Origin: a bacterium
GTDB lineage: Bacteria; UBA8248
Assembly: GCA_965221165.1 (NCBI GenBank)
Contig: CBDCRP010000003.1
Location: 1,024,001 to 1,088,000, forward strand
Reading direction: 5' to 3'
DNA: 64,000 nt
Each line of letters begins with the position of its first letter. The first letter of the stretch is position 1. Below, in pieces: positions 38,852 to 49,264 of the stretch. Position numbers and translations under genes: made by a program. The notes beneath the pieces are model-generated. The model ran no database searches and was not told the origin of the DNA. It was given only the letters and a program-made list of their open reading frames with translations.

Positions 38852-39166
38852 GGGGCCCGTGAACGCCTGTTCACGAACAAAACGAGTTGCGGATGTCCAC
38901 CCGGACTTGCTCCCTCGAAGCGAGCGGGGGATCGGGTTTTCCCGTGCTTGTTCCGTGTTTCCCGATACATGAGATGGATGTCGCTTTCGCTCGTGCGCGC
39001 CGGGAGAGGCTCGCGCCGACTCGAAGTCCCGTTTGAGAGAGTGGTACTTGGCGGAACCGCGCCGATTTGCTATGGATGTTCCCATGTCGATTGCTTGAAA
39101 CGCCACGTTGCGCGAGAGAAGCGTAAATAACGGCGGCGCGGCCATCATCCATGAGGTCACAACCAC

Positions 39167-40318
39167 ATGAACGGCGATATTTTCGACGCCCTGGTAATCG
39201 GCGGAGGAATCAACGGGCTTTCGGCGCTCTATCACCTGAAACGCCTGGGTGCGGAGCGCGTCGGCCTTGTGGAGCGTTTCTCGATCGGGCACGACCGGGG
39301 CAGCTCGCATGGCCCTGCCCGCGTCACGCGAAGCGCCTACGTCGCGCCCGAATACGTCCGCCTGATGCAATGGGTGCACGCGGAAGAATGGCCGAGGCTC
39401 GAAAAAGACATCGGCAAAAAACTCGTCCACCGTAACCCCGGGATCTACACCGGGCCTCCCTCCGAGCGTTTCGACCGCTACATTCGCGCGGTGCGGCAAG
39501 AGGGCGTGGACGCGGGAGTCATCTCGGCGGGCGAGGCGCGGGGTCTGTTTCCCCAGTTCACCTTCGAGAACGCAGAGAGCGTTCTGCTGGACAAGACGGG
39601 CGGGTTCGTCGCGGCGAAAGAAGCGGTCGACGCACTCGCAGGCCTTGCCCGCGAGAACGGGGTGATAATCCATGAAGACACCATTGTCCACGGAATCGAC
39701 CCGGCGACCGACCCTGTGCGAGTCGAAACGAGCGCGGGAACGCTCCAGGCCGAGCGCCTCATCGTGGCGGCGGGCGCGTGGGCGCGGGATTTGCTCCCCT
39801 TCTTGAAGCCCAAGCTCACCATCTCCCGGCAGACCGTGGGATATTTTACGCCTGCGCACGAGCCGGAGGCCTACCGGCCCGGCCGTTTCCCCGTCTGGGT
39901 GTATATGGAGCAGGAAGAGAACGACCTTTTCTACGGGATGCCCGATATAGGCCACACGGGCGTCAAGGTGGCCCGTCACATGAGAATCGGGGTGGATGAC
40001 GACCCCGACAACCCGCCTGATTCCATCGACCAGGACAAGATAGAGGACGTGAGGCGCTTCATGGCGACCTTCTTCACCGCATCGGGGTGGACGCTCGCGA
40101 ATGCGGAGCATTGCCTCTACACCAACGCGCCGAACGAGGATTTTATTATCGATTTGCACCCCGAGAACCCGCGCATCGCGTTCGGTGCCGGCTTCTCGGG
40201 CCACGGATTCAAGTTCGCCCCCCTCACCGGAAGGCTTCTGGCCGAACTCGCCTGGGGGGGAGAAATATCCATACCCGACGCCGAACTGGCGAGAGGGCTG
40301 TTTTCTCTCAAGAAATAA
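39167..40318 (+). CDS. solA: Monomeric sarcosine oxidase/N-methyltryptophan oxidase family protein
   Basis: GGGING, GSSHGPAR, CLYT (covalent-FAD Cys), GFSGHGFKF. Confidence 0.85.
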   Translation: MNGDIFDALVIGGGINGLSALYHLKRLGAERVGLVERFSIGHDRGSSHGPARVTRSAYVAPEYVRLMQWVHAEEWPRLEKDIGKKLVHRNPGIYTGPPSERFDRYIRAVRQEGVDAGVISAGEARGLFPQFTFENAESVLLDKTGGFVAAKEAVDALAGLARENGVIIHEDTIVHGIDPATDPVRVETSAGTLQAERLIVAAGAWARDLLPFLKPKLTISRQTVGYFTPAHEPEAYRPGRFPVWVYMEQEENDLFYGMPDIGHTGVKVARHMRIGVDDDPDNPPDSIDQDKIEDVRRFMATFFTASGWTLANAEHCLYTNAPNEDFIIDLHPENPRIAFGAGFSGHGFKFAPLTGRLLAELAWGGEISIPDAELARGLFSLKK

Positions 40319-40372
40319 GGCTTTATCTCTCGTTGTGAGAACCCACGCCGCCAAGAAAGCCTTAAGATGCCC

Positions 40373-41185
40373 TTATCCCATGAGCGCTCTTAGATTCTCG
40401 CCCGCTCGCCGCGCCGCCGTTCTGACGTCGGGTTTCGAGACTATCTGGCAGGTCAGATAGCCCGCATATCCTATCGAGCGGAGCGCACCGATGACTTCAC
40501 CGAAAGGAATGTGCCCGCCGCCGGGATACAGGCGGTTGTTCTCGGCCATGTGCATGTGGCCCAAAAGCTCTTTCGATTCGAGGATAGGTTCGGTGAACGA
40601 CGCCTCATCCACGTTCATATGGTAGGTGTCGAGCATGAGCCTGAGGCCCTCGTGGTCCATCTCCCTACAGAGGGCCACGCCCTCCGCCGCCGTGTTCACG
40701 TTGTTGATCCAGTGGCTGCACAAGGGTTCGAGATAGAGTTTGAGTCCGCGATCTGCGGCCTCATCCGCGAGACCGAGCAGGGCGTCGCGCATCCAGCGGA
40801 GAGAATCATCGCGCCGCGCGTCCTTGCAGAGGTTCCCGCGCGAAGAGCCGATCACCATGCCGCACCCGAACTTTTGCGCCATATCGAGCGCGTCCAGGTG
40901 GCGGCGGTAGGACACTTCCCTGATCTCGGGCACGGGATGGCACAGCCATATCCTGTCCTGAAAACCCATGGCCGCCGTGTGGATCATCGAAACCGACAAT
41001 CCCCGGCGCGCGACCTCCTTCTCTATCTCGTCCAAATCGAGTTCATCGGCTTTTCTCACCGAAAGCTCCACGCCCTCGAAGCCCGCCTCCGCCACGCAGG
41101 CGAGGTTTTCTTCGAGCGTTCCCTGCGCGCTGGGAAGGTTGGGGGTAGAAATATCCGGCGTGGCGATCTGATAGCTCAGCTTCAT
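40373..41185 (-). CDS. Sugar phosphate isomerase/epimerase (xylose isomerase-like TIM barrel)
   Basis: GFEGVE, LEPL, LDTYHM, HMAENNRLYPGGG. Confidence 0.88.
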   Translation of the reverse strand: MKLSYQIATPDISTPNLPSAQGTLEENLACVAEAGFEGVELSVRKADELDLDEIEKEVARRGLSVSMIHTAAMGFQDRIWLCHPVPEIREVSYRRHLDALDMAQKFGCGMVIGSSRGNLCKDARRDDSLRWMRDALLGLADEAADRGLKLYLEPLCSHWINNVNTAAEGVALCREMDHEGLRLMLDTYHMNVDEASFTEPILESKELLGHMHMAENNRLYPGGGHIPFGEVIGALRSIGYAGYLTCQIVSKPDVRTAARRAGENLRALMG

Positions 41186-41637
41186 GCCAAAAACTCCCTC
41201 GTCTTAATCTCGCCCCAGGCTACGGCGCGGTGCGGTGTTATCTCAATCATCCATTGGTGGATTTTGACGGGTCCGCGATATTGCGCATATTTCTCCCGCA
41301 GACGCTCCGCCGCACTCTCATACGCTTCGGCATCCGCCTCGGCATGGATGATCCTCGCGCTCCCAAAGAGCAGCACGAAGCCAAGCTTCGCCCACTCATC
41401 CTCGTAGTGATCCACCAGAAAAGAGACTTTATCGTTCTCGCGGACGTTGTCGAGCCTTTTTAAGCGCTCGATGTCTTTTTTCTGCTTGCCGTCCACCGGA
41501 ACGTATATGTTCCCGTCCACCACGGTGAAAACCACGGGCACGACGTGGGGCGCGGCGTCCCTGTCCGCCGTCGCCAGCCGCGCCACGCGCGCGCCTCGCA
41601 CGAAGCGCCATTCATCATCGGTGAGCAAAGGCCCCAT
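41182..41637 (-). CDS. PPOX-class F420-dependent oxidoreductase-like protein
   Basis: ARVARLAT...PHVVPVVF...VDGKQK...LKRLDNV...VDHYEDEW. Confidence 0.85.
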   Translation of the reverse strand: MGPLLTDDEWRFVRGARVARLATADRDAAPHVVPVVFTVVDGNIYVPVDGKQKKDIERLKRLDNVRENDKVSFLVDHYEDEWAKLGFVLLFGSARIIHAEADAEAYESAAERLREKYAQYRGPVKIHQWMIEITPHRAVAWGEIKTREFLA

Positions 41638-43190
41638 CACTCCGCTTCTCCGTATCCCCCGCCCCCCGGCGTGATGAGCGTGAGGGTATCGCCCGGCTCC
41701 ATGTCGGTGGTGACTTTGGGGTCGATTTCGCGCTCGTTGATGCGCACCTGCCCCCGCGCGCCGGACCCGCCGCCGAACAGCCCCGTCGCGGGGGATTTCG
41801 TGCGCTCGGCCATGAACGACACCGTGATGCGCGCCGGCGAATCGTTCCGGAAGACGATCCGCTGCCCGCAGCCTCCCCGGAATCTTCCGGCGCCGCCCGA
41901 GTCTCTCAATATCGTTTTCTCGATCAGGGTGAAGGGCGTGATGCGCTCGATCACCTCTATCGGCGTGTGGGAGACGTTGCTGGGATAGCTCAGGCACGCA
42001 TGGCCGTCTCCGCGCCCGGTGGCTCCCGTGCCCCCGTTCTGGAAGAAAAGCCCCGCCGTCCGCACGCCCCGCTTGTCCAGCCCCGTATAGTTCACGCACC
42101 AGAGCGGAGAGCCGCTCGCCGCGGGCACCTCCTCGGGGATGACGGGAGCGAGCGCCTCGAAAACGGCTGCGGGCAGATAGTGGCCCACCAGCATCCGGCC
42201 CCCTCCGGCGGCGGGGTGTAAGGGTTCCAGAATGCTGCCCGGCTCCGTCCGCACGTCGATGGGCCTGAAACACCCCTCGTTGTTGGGAACCTCGGGACAA
42301 AGAACGCACTTGATGGGGTAGACCGAATACGCATAGGTGTAGTTGTAGGCCACGTTCACGGCGCGATCGACCTGGGGCGAGGAACCCGCGTAGTCGATCA
42401 CCAGGGAATCTCCGGTCTTCTCGATTCGCGTCCGCACCCGGATAGGCTCCGCCAGGCCGTCGGTTTCGATTTCAGAGGCGTATTCCCCATCGGGCAAACG
42501 AAGCAGGGCGTCGCGCATGGCATATTCGGAGCGGCCCTGAATTTCCTTGGTCAGCGCGCGCAAATCCTCGAGACCATATTCCTCGAGCAGATCGCCCAGG
42601 CGCTTTTCCGCCAGGCGATTGGCCGTGAGCTGCGCGTTGATGTCGCCCATTACCAAATCGGGCACGCGCACGTTGTAGCGAATGAGGTCGATGAGCGTCC
42701 TATCCGGCTCGCCGCGCCTGTACATCTTCATCATGGGAATCTGGAGGCCCTCCTCGTAGACCTCCCTGGGGTCGGGGGAGCGAATTTTCCCGCCGATGTC
42801 GGGCAAATGGGCCGTGCTGGCCGAAAATCCGATGAATTTTTCCCGGTAGAACACCGGCTTCACGATATTCACGTCGGGGAGATGGCCCGTTCCGTACCAG
42901 ATGTCGTTGGTGATGAGGATATCGCCGGGTTCGAGCGTCTCGGGCGGAAACGCTCTCAGAAAATGGCGAACCGTTATCGGCAGGGTGCCGATGAACGAGG
43001 CGATGCTGGCGGAGGACTGCACGAGGGAGTGGCCCTGATCGTCGGTAATCACGCAGGAAAAATCGTTCGACTCGCGCACCAAAGTGGAAAACGAGGTGCG
43101 CACGAGTGTCGCCGCCGCCTCGTCCACGATGCCGATGAGCCTTCGCCAGAGCACTTCCAGCGTGATGGGATCGAACGCCATGTTAGCCAT
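41637..43190 (-). CDS. Hydantoinase B/oxoprolinase subunit
   Basis: DPITLEV, RTSFS...ESNDFS, GHLPD, HLPDIGG, GAGRFRGG, TPGGGGYG. Confidence 0.93.
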   Translation of the reverse strand: MANMAFDPITLEVLWRRLIGIVDEAAATLVRTSFSTLVRESNDFSCVITDDQGHSLVQSSASIASFIGTLPITVRHFLRAFPPETLEPGDILITNDIWYGTGHLPDVNIVKPVFYREKFIGFSASTAHLPDIGGKIRSPDPREVYEEGLQIPMMKMYRRGEPDRTLIDLIRYNVRVPDLVMGDINAQLTANRLAEKRLGDLLEEYGLEDLRALTKEIQGRSEYAMRDALLRLPDGEYASEIETDGLAEPIRVRTRIEKTGDSLVIDYAGSSPQVDRAVNVAYNYTYAYSVYPIKCVLCPEVPNNEGCFRPIDVRTEPGSILEPLHPAAGGGRMLVGHYLPAAVFEALAPVIPEEVPAASGSPLWCVNYTGLDKRGVRTAGLFFQNGGTGATGRGDGHACLSYPSNVSHTPIEVIERITPFTLIEKTILRDSGGAGRFRGGCGQRIVFRNDSPARITVSFMAERTKSPATGLFGGGSGARGQVRINEREIDPKVTTDMEPGDTLTLITPGGGGYGEAE

Positions 43191-45273
43191 CCACCCCGAT
43201 GATGATGTGGCCGCCTTCGTCTTTTCGAAAGCGCGCGTCTTTGGGAACCACGATGGTGGATTCGCGCTCCTCGACGATGGCGGGGCCTGAGAATTCCCTT
43301 CCGGCGGGCAGCGAATACCTGTGATACACGCGCGCCTCCAGGAACCCGGCGTCAGGACCCGCGTATATTTTTCTTAACCCCTTCTCGAAATCCGTATCGT
43401 CTTTTAAGGGCGGCACCTCCGTGGCGGCAGGCGCAGGACCCAGCATCGTCAAACGCCAGGCGGCCACTTCCGCCGCCACGTTCTCGATCTTTCTCAAATA
43501 CCGCCTCTCATAGGCGCGCTCGAACAACTCCTGCATGGCCGTAGTATCCCGTACCGGCATCCCTCCCTCCTCGGGCAGGGGGACGCTCACGGTATCCGTC
43601 TGCCCCCTGTAGCGCATGTCGGCTGCGGGCTGAAACTCCCATTCCTCACCCACGTCGATTCTGTCGCCTAAGGAATCTTTCATCTGCGCGGCCATCTCCC
43701 GGTACAAATTCTCGACGCGCGCCCAGTCCACCGCATCCACGTCGGACACCAGGACGCGGACGGCGTCGGCCCTCGGCCTCGCCGCCAGGAGGCCGGCTGC
43801 GGAGGCCACGCCCACGTCCGGCGGGCAAACGACGCGGCGGATATAGAGCTTTTTCGCCATGTGGCAGGCGTGCAGGGGCGCGGCGCCGCCGGTGGCGATC
43901 AAAGCGTAATTCCTGGGGTCGCCCCCTTTTTCGGCGATGTGCACGCGCGCGGCGCTCGCCATCTGCTCGGTGATGATCTCATAAATTCCCCACGCCGCAT
44001 CCTCCGTGCGCATGTCCAGTTTCCCGGCCAGAGACGATACCGCCTCGCGCGCTTTTTCGGCGTCGAGTTTCATCGCGCCGCCCAGGAAAAAATCGGGATT
44101 CAGATAACCCAAAAGCAGGTTCGCATCCGTGACGGTGGGCTGCGCCCCGCCTTGAGCGTAGCAGGCGGGGCCCGGCATCGCGCCGGCGCTTTGGGGGCCG
44201 ACCTGAATCAGCCCCAGGCCGCTGATCTCAGCGATGCTGCCGCCGCCCGCGCCGATTTCGACCAGGTCCACCGTGGGCGAGAGGATGGGCAGGCCGCTTC
44301 CCTTCTGGAACCTCGACGTCCTCGCCACCTCGAAGCGGTTCTCCGTCGCGGGTTCACCGTTTTCGATCAGGCATACCTTGGCCGTGGTCCCGCCCATGTC
44401 GAATCCCAGGACGTGGGCCTCGCCCAGGGATCGGGCGATTTGCGCCGCCGCGAGCGCTCCGCCCGCAGGCCCTGATTCGATGATTCGCACCGGATGCTCC
44501 CGCACGCTGTCCACCGTCGCGAAGCCTGAGTTCGAGAGCATGATGAAAAGCTCGCCCGAAAAACCCGAGTCTCTGAGGCTCGCGAGCAGGCGCGTCAGGT
44601 ACGCATCGGCGATGGGCCGCACGTAGGCGTTCACCGCCGTGGTGGAGGTGCGCTCATACTCGCCCGTCTCGGGGGCCACGGCGGATGAGATGGAAACGGG
44701 CGCATCTCCCGCCACCTCCTCGACCGCCGCCCGGGCCGCCCTTTCGTTGGCGGGATTCACGGGCGCATGGAGAAAAGAGACGGCGATGGATTCCGCCCCC
44801 ATCTCAAGGAGTTTTTCCGCCTCTTGTTTCACGGCTTCTACATCCAGGGGAACCACCACCTCCCCGTCTACATGGACGCGCTCTGAAACCTCGGCCCGGA
44901 ACTCCTGTGAGACCAGAGGCGCCGGCATCTCCTGGTGCAGGTCGTAGAGGTCGAAGCGCTTCTCGCGGCCGATCTCGATGACGTCGGAAAACCCCTGCGT
45001 GGTGATGAGTCCCGTCCGCGCGCCCTTTCTCTCGATCAGGGCGTTGGTGATGAGGGTGGTGGCGTGAACGATGCTCGCGAGGTCGGATGCTTCAAGACCG
45101 GCGGATTCGAGTATGTTCTGAAAACCCGCAAGCGTCCCCTCGGCGGGATCATCGGGCGTGGTCAGCACCTTGGCGATGTGGACCGCGCCCCGCCTCTCGT
45201 CGATGAGCACGAGATCGGTGAACGTGCCCCCGATGTCTACGCCTAAGCGAATTTGCGAGTCTTTACCCATCAT
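43183..45273 (-). CDS. Hydantoinase A/oxoprolinase subunit
   Basis: DIGGTFTD, ESGPAGG, DMGGTT, IGAGGGS, PGPACY, PTVTDA. Confidence 0.93.
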   Translation of the reverse strand: MMGKDSQIRLGVDIGGTFTDLVLIDERRGAVHIAKVLTTPDDPAEGTLAGFQNILESAGLEASDLASIVHATTLITNALIERKGARTGLITTQGFSDVIEIGREKRFDLYDLHQEMPAPLVSQEFRAEVSERVHVDGEVVVPLDVEAVKQEAEKLLEMGAESIAVSFLHAPVNPANERAARAAVEEVAGDAPVSISSAVAPETGEYERTSTTAVNAYVRPIADAYLTRLLASLRDSGFSGELFIMLSNSGFATVDSVREHPVRIIESGPAGGALAAAQIARSLGEAHVLGFDMGGTTAKVCLIENGEPATENRFEVARTSRFQKGSGLPILSPTVDLVEIGAGGGSIAEISGLGLIQVGPQSAGAMPGPACYAQGGAQPTVTDANLLLGYLNPDFFLGGAMKLDAEKAREAVSSLAGKLDMRTEDAAWGIYEIITEQMASAARVHIAEKGGDPRNYALIATGGAAPLHACHMAKKLYIRRVVCPPDVGVASAAGLLAARPRADAVRVLVSDVDAVDWARVENLYREMAAQMKDSLGDRIDVGEEWEFQPAADMRYRGQTDTVSVPLPEEGGMPVRDTTAMQELFERAYERRYLRKIENVAAEVAAWRLTMLGPAPAATEVPPLKDDTDFEKGLRKIYAGPDAGFLEARVYHRYSLPAGREFSGPAIVEERESTIVVPKDARFRKDEGGHIIIGVDG

Positions 45274-45286
45274 CCCGCTTTCGACA

Positions 45287-45823
45287 TTATTTTTTGCACT
45301 TCTTCCTGCCTGCCAATTTTTCGGAAGTCGTCATGCCAAAGTTGCATGCCCTGATGTAGTCGCCATCTCCGGAGCGGCCATACACCACATCGCCGTTTTC
45401 GTCATAGACGGTTTGGGTGACAAAGACGACCTCGCCCCGATGATGCTGGACGATGAGCACCTGATCATTCCCCAATTCCCCGATAAAAGTATCGGTGCGG
45501 TAGCTCTTCGTGCTCGTGCCCGCCAGGGGGATGACGACATCGCCCAGGAAGCTGACCTTTACGCTGTTGTCCTCGTTCACCGTTACGGAACAACTCTCCC
45601 CGGTGATCTCAAAACCCACCATGAGCCTTTGCATGAAACCCCTCGCGGGTATGTGAACGCAACCATGGAGCGTCCCCGCCTTTAGTTTTTCCTGATTCCG
45701 TGGCGGGTTCGATAGAAGCCGCCTGACATAACCTTTGGTCAAAGGCTGGGCGGCGACGCCCTCACAAACCGTCGCAAAGAGGAGAAAACTTGCGAAAACG
45801 AAAACAAATTTCATCTTTTTCAT
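45287..45823 (-). CDS. Hypothetical secreted protein
   Basis: N-terminal signal peptide; no recognised family. Confidence 0.55.
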   Translation of the reverse strand: MKKMKFVFVFASFLLFATVCEGVAAQPLTKGYVRRLLSNPPRNQEKLKAGTLHGCVHIPARGFMQRLMVGFEITGESCSVTVNEDNSVKVSFLGDVVIPLAGTSTKSYRTDTFIGELGNDQVLIVQHHRGEVVFVTQTVYDENGDVVYGRSGDGDYIRACNFGMTTSEKLAGRKKCKK

Positions 45824-45895
45824 TCAACGCGCCTCATGTGAAAACAATTTCCCGTTTCCAGGCGAACTTTCATGCTTTTTCGGCTCATTTTCGGC

Positions 45896-46861
45896 TCATT
45901 CCGTCTTTAGCAGTATCTCGCCGGCCTGGATGATGGGTTTCCCGTCGAACCAGACCGAAGGCGCCCTGATGATGGCGTCGAAGTGGGTCCTGGCCTGCAC
46001 GCCGCCCCCTAAGTTGGCGGAGGTGCCGACCCCGATGTGGATCGTGCCGTTCACGCCCTCATCATTCAGCATCTCGCCCGTAAAATCCTTGCATTCGGGG
46101 TTCAGGCCCATCGCGAACTGCGCGACGTTGTAGACCCATTCATCATCCTGCTCGGCCAGGAGTTTATCGAGGAAATCCGCCTGCCGCCCGCCCGATATCT
46201 CCCGCACGAACCCCTCTTCTATCCTAAAAGTCACAGGCTCCTCGACGACGCCCACCCCGTAATAGGGAATGCTGCCGTCCACCACGAGGACGCCCCTCGT
46301 CGTCCCCTCCAGGGGCGATATGTTGGCCTCGATGTTCGGAACGGCGGTGAAACCGGGGCCATCCAAAACGCAGGCGTGGCTGTTGCCGGCGCGGCCCTCT
46401 ACGGAAAGCACGAGTTCGGTGCCCGCCGCGTTGGTGACGCGGACCTCGCGCGCCTCGCTCATGCGCGCCGCCAGGGCGTCGCAAAGCGGTTTTCTCGCCC
46501 TGAAATCCGCCATCAGGCCTCCCTTCTCCATCTGCCCGGGCGTAAAAGCCGTCATCGAGAGCACGCGCGCGCCCGCGCCTATCGCCTCGCGCGTGGCCCG
46601 CGTATGGGCGAGGGCGTGGGTGATGGGCAGAAAAACCACGGCCGAGACCCGCATCGCCTCCGCCACGGCGCGCGGCGGCTCCTCGTTGTCGATGCTTCTG
46701 GGCGGGCATACGGCCATCGTCGCCCATGCGCCACGATCTTTCGCCTCGGCGCAGAGCGCCTGTGCAATCGCCAAGCGCTCGGAATCTGTGACGATGAGCA
46801 CGTCCTCGCCTTCCTTCACGCCGGCGCAGTCGCTTATGAGAATTTTCGCGCCTTTTTGCAT
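45896..46861 (-). CDS. M29/aminopeptidase T-like metalloprotein
   Basis: EPP, GTEL, DGSI, GLNP, DEGVNGTIHIGVG, THFD. Confidence 0.8.
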   Translation of the reverse strand: MQKGAKILISDCAGVKEGEDVLIVTDSERLAIAQALCAEAKDRGAWATMAVCPPRSIDNEEPPRAVAEAMRVSAVVFLPITHALAHTRATREAIGAGARVLSMTAFTPGQMEKGGLMADFRARKPLCDALAARMSEAREVRVTNAAGTELVLSVEGRAGNSHACVLDGPGFTAVPNIEANISPLEGTTRGVLVVDGSIPYYGVGVVEEPVTFRIEEGFVREISGGRQADFLDKLLAEQDDEWVYNVAQFAMGLNPECKDFTGEMLNDEGVNGTIHIGVGTSANLGGGVQARTHFDAIIRAPSVWFDGKPIIQAGEILLKTE

Positions 46862-47033
46862 GGAACGTCCTTTACGCAAGGGCGACCGAGGCGGCGGCGC
46901 CGACCCGGTTCGCCCGTATTATCCACTCCATAGAATCTTGAAAATCCGGCGAGGTTATGAATGCGTCGTTGCCAACCCCAGCTTGCCCGTATAAATGTTA
47001 GGAATCTACACCAGGGGGATGGCGGAGGCGAGC

Positions 47034-47749
47034 ATGAGCGGGAAAAAACGCGCAGTTCAAAAATATGGGATCAGCCGAAAGCGCCTGATGGATATCTACG
47101 AGCGCCTGTATGCGCGCTTCGGGCCGCAGGACTGGTGGCCCGGCGAGACGACGCTCGAGGTCTGCCTGGGGGCCATTCTGGTGCAGAACACCTCGTGGGC
47201 GAATGCGGCGCGCGCGATCGGGAACCTCAAAAAAGAAGACCTCTTAACGGAGGACGCGCTCAAAAAGGTGCGGGGAGACCGCCTCGCCCGTCTCATCCGG
47301 CCCGCGCGGTTTTTCAACATGAAGGCGAAAAGGCTCAAAGGGTTCGTCGCCTACCTCTGGAAACACCACGCGGGAGACGTGGATAATTTTTTGAGCCTGC
47401 CCACCGAAGAACTGCACGAGGAACTGATGGGCCTGGACGGCGTAGGGCGCGAGACGGCCGATTCCATCACGCTCTACGCCGCAGAAAGGCCTGCCTTCGT
47501 GGTGGACGCCTACACGAAGCGCATATTCTCGCGCCTCGGGCATTTCGAGGGGTCGAAAAACGCAGGAAAAGACTATCTCGCCCTACAAAAGAGCCTCACG
47601 CGCATCTGCCCGCCGACGTCGCTCTTTTCAACGAATACCACGCCCTGCTCGTGCGCCTGGGGCACACCTGCTGCCGCCCGAAGCCGAAATGCGGCGAATG
47701 CCCGCTGCGCGCAGTCTGCCCCTATCCCGGAGACGACGCGACGGAATGA
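47034..47749 (+). pseudogene. HhH-GPD endonuclease III-related glycosylase with a frameshift near 47595
   Basis: GPQDWWP, AILVQNTSW, GVGRETADSI, VVDAYT in one frame; FNEYHALLV...CCRPKPKCGECPLRAVC Fe-S motif only in the -1 frame. Confidence 0.8.
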
Positions 47750-47801
47750 CGGGGAAAGGTGAAAAATCACTCCCCCCTTGAGGGTCAAACCCGACCGGGG
47801 A

Positions 47802-48162
47802 GGGGTTGTTGAAAAAGTCCTGATTTAGTGATTTGGCGAATGGAACCAACCGGGGAGGGGGGTCCGTAGCGGACAGGCCCCTTTGCCTGTCCGAGGTCGC
47901 GACCTGTGGGACAGCCCCAAGGAGGGGCTGTCACTACGAGGCGGTGCGGTTTTGTTCGTCATTCCGGCGCATGCCGGAATCCATGTGTTTTGCCTTTGTT
48001 TTTTATTTTCTGATTGATTCCCGCCAATGAGGGGGAGATGAAAAGCCGGAGTATTGTCATTCCGCTCGGCAATGGATTCCGCAGCCCCTCCTTCCTCAGT
48101 CGGGACTGACACCGGAATGACGGCGGTCAATTCCGACCGAGAAGGGGTTTTTCAACAACCCC
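47802..48162. mobile_element. MITE-like element, copy 2 (inverted relative to copy 1)
   Basis: GGGGTTGTTGAAAAA...TTTTTCAACAACCCC ends; sits within 24-bp repeat units homologous to the 37597 locus. Confidence 0.8.
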
Positions 48163-48364
48163 GAGAAGGGAGGGTTTGTCCCGACCGAGAAGGGAGGATG
48201 TGTTTCCGTGTAGGGGCGGTTCGCGAACCGCCCACGCATATATGCGACCCTGGATTTTCCGCCTTCACGACGCGGGCCGCATGTATGCAGCCCCTACGGA
48301 AAACCGCGAACACTCGCTCACGGCGGATCCGACGCGCCCGTCCCGGCGCACGGAAATCCTGAAC

Positions 48365-49147
48365 CTACACGACCGCGCAAAATCCCCCGTCGACGTTCAC
48401 CGCCGTCCCCGTGATGTAGGAAGCTGCGTCCGAGGCCAGAAAACACGCCATGTTGGCGTATTCCTCACTCGTTCCCATCCTGCCGAGGGGAATCCCGCGC
48501 CCGTATTCGGCGACGTACTCCTCAAACGAGATTTCAGGCTCCTCCCGCTCATAGCGCCGCGCGATCTGATCGGTCACGATGCGGCCCGTACAAAGCGCGT
48601 TCACCAACACGTTGTGCGGCGCGCCCTCCCCCGCCAGCACCTTGGTCATCGCCATCCCTGCGGCGCGCGAGACCGAAGTAGGCGCGCTGCCCGCAGGCGG
48701 CGCCTTGCCCGCCACGGTCACGACGTTGATGATGCGACCCCAGCGGCGCTGCTTCATCGCGGGAAACGCGAGGCGGCAGGTCCTGACGGCGCCGAAGAGT
48801 TTGAGGCCCAGATCCTCCTCCCACATCTCGTCGCTTATCTCCTCGAACGGCCCCCGGGTGGAGGCGCCCGCGTTGTTCACCAGAATGTCGATTTGCCCCA
48901 AATCATCGAGCGCCGAGGCCCACATTGTCTTTACCGCCTCGGGCTCGCCCATATCGCACGAGTAGGCGAAAACCTTGCCTCCTGTGGCGGCCTCTATCTC
49001 CGCCCTCGTTTCCTCGAGCACCTCGGTCCGCCTCGCGACGATGGCCACCTCCGCACCTGATTCAGAGAATTTGAGCGCCATGCCCCGGCCCATGCCTCGG
49101 CTGCCGCCCGTGATGAGCGCTTTTTTTCCGTCCAGACGAATATCCAT
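48365..49147 (-). CDS. SDR family oxidoreductase
   Basis: TGGSRGMG, NNAG, YITG..VNVDGG; TSVSR in place of canonical YxxxK. Confidence 0.9.
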   Translation of the reverse strand: MDIRLDGKKALITGGSRGMGRGMALKFSESGAEVAIVARRTEVLEETRAEIEAATGGKVFAYSCDMGEPEAVKTMWASALDDLGQIDILVNNAGASTRGPFEEISDEMWEEDLGLKLFGAVRTCRLAFPAMKQRRWGRIINVVTVAGKAPPAGSAPTSVSRAAGMAMTKVLAGEGAPHNVLVNALCTGRIVTDQIARRYEREEPEISFEEYVAEYGRGIPLGRMGTSEEYANMACFLASDAASYITGTAVNVDGGFCAVV

Positions 49148-49264
49148 GAAAACTCCTCGATTATTGAGTGGTTATATATCCGTAGTGAAAAAGATGGGTG
49201 TCGGGAACTTTCATCGGCGCGCGGAAGCTCGCCCACGCCCGGAATTCACCCGCTCCGATTTTCC

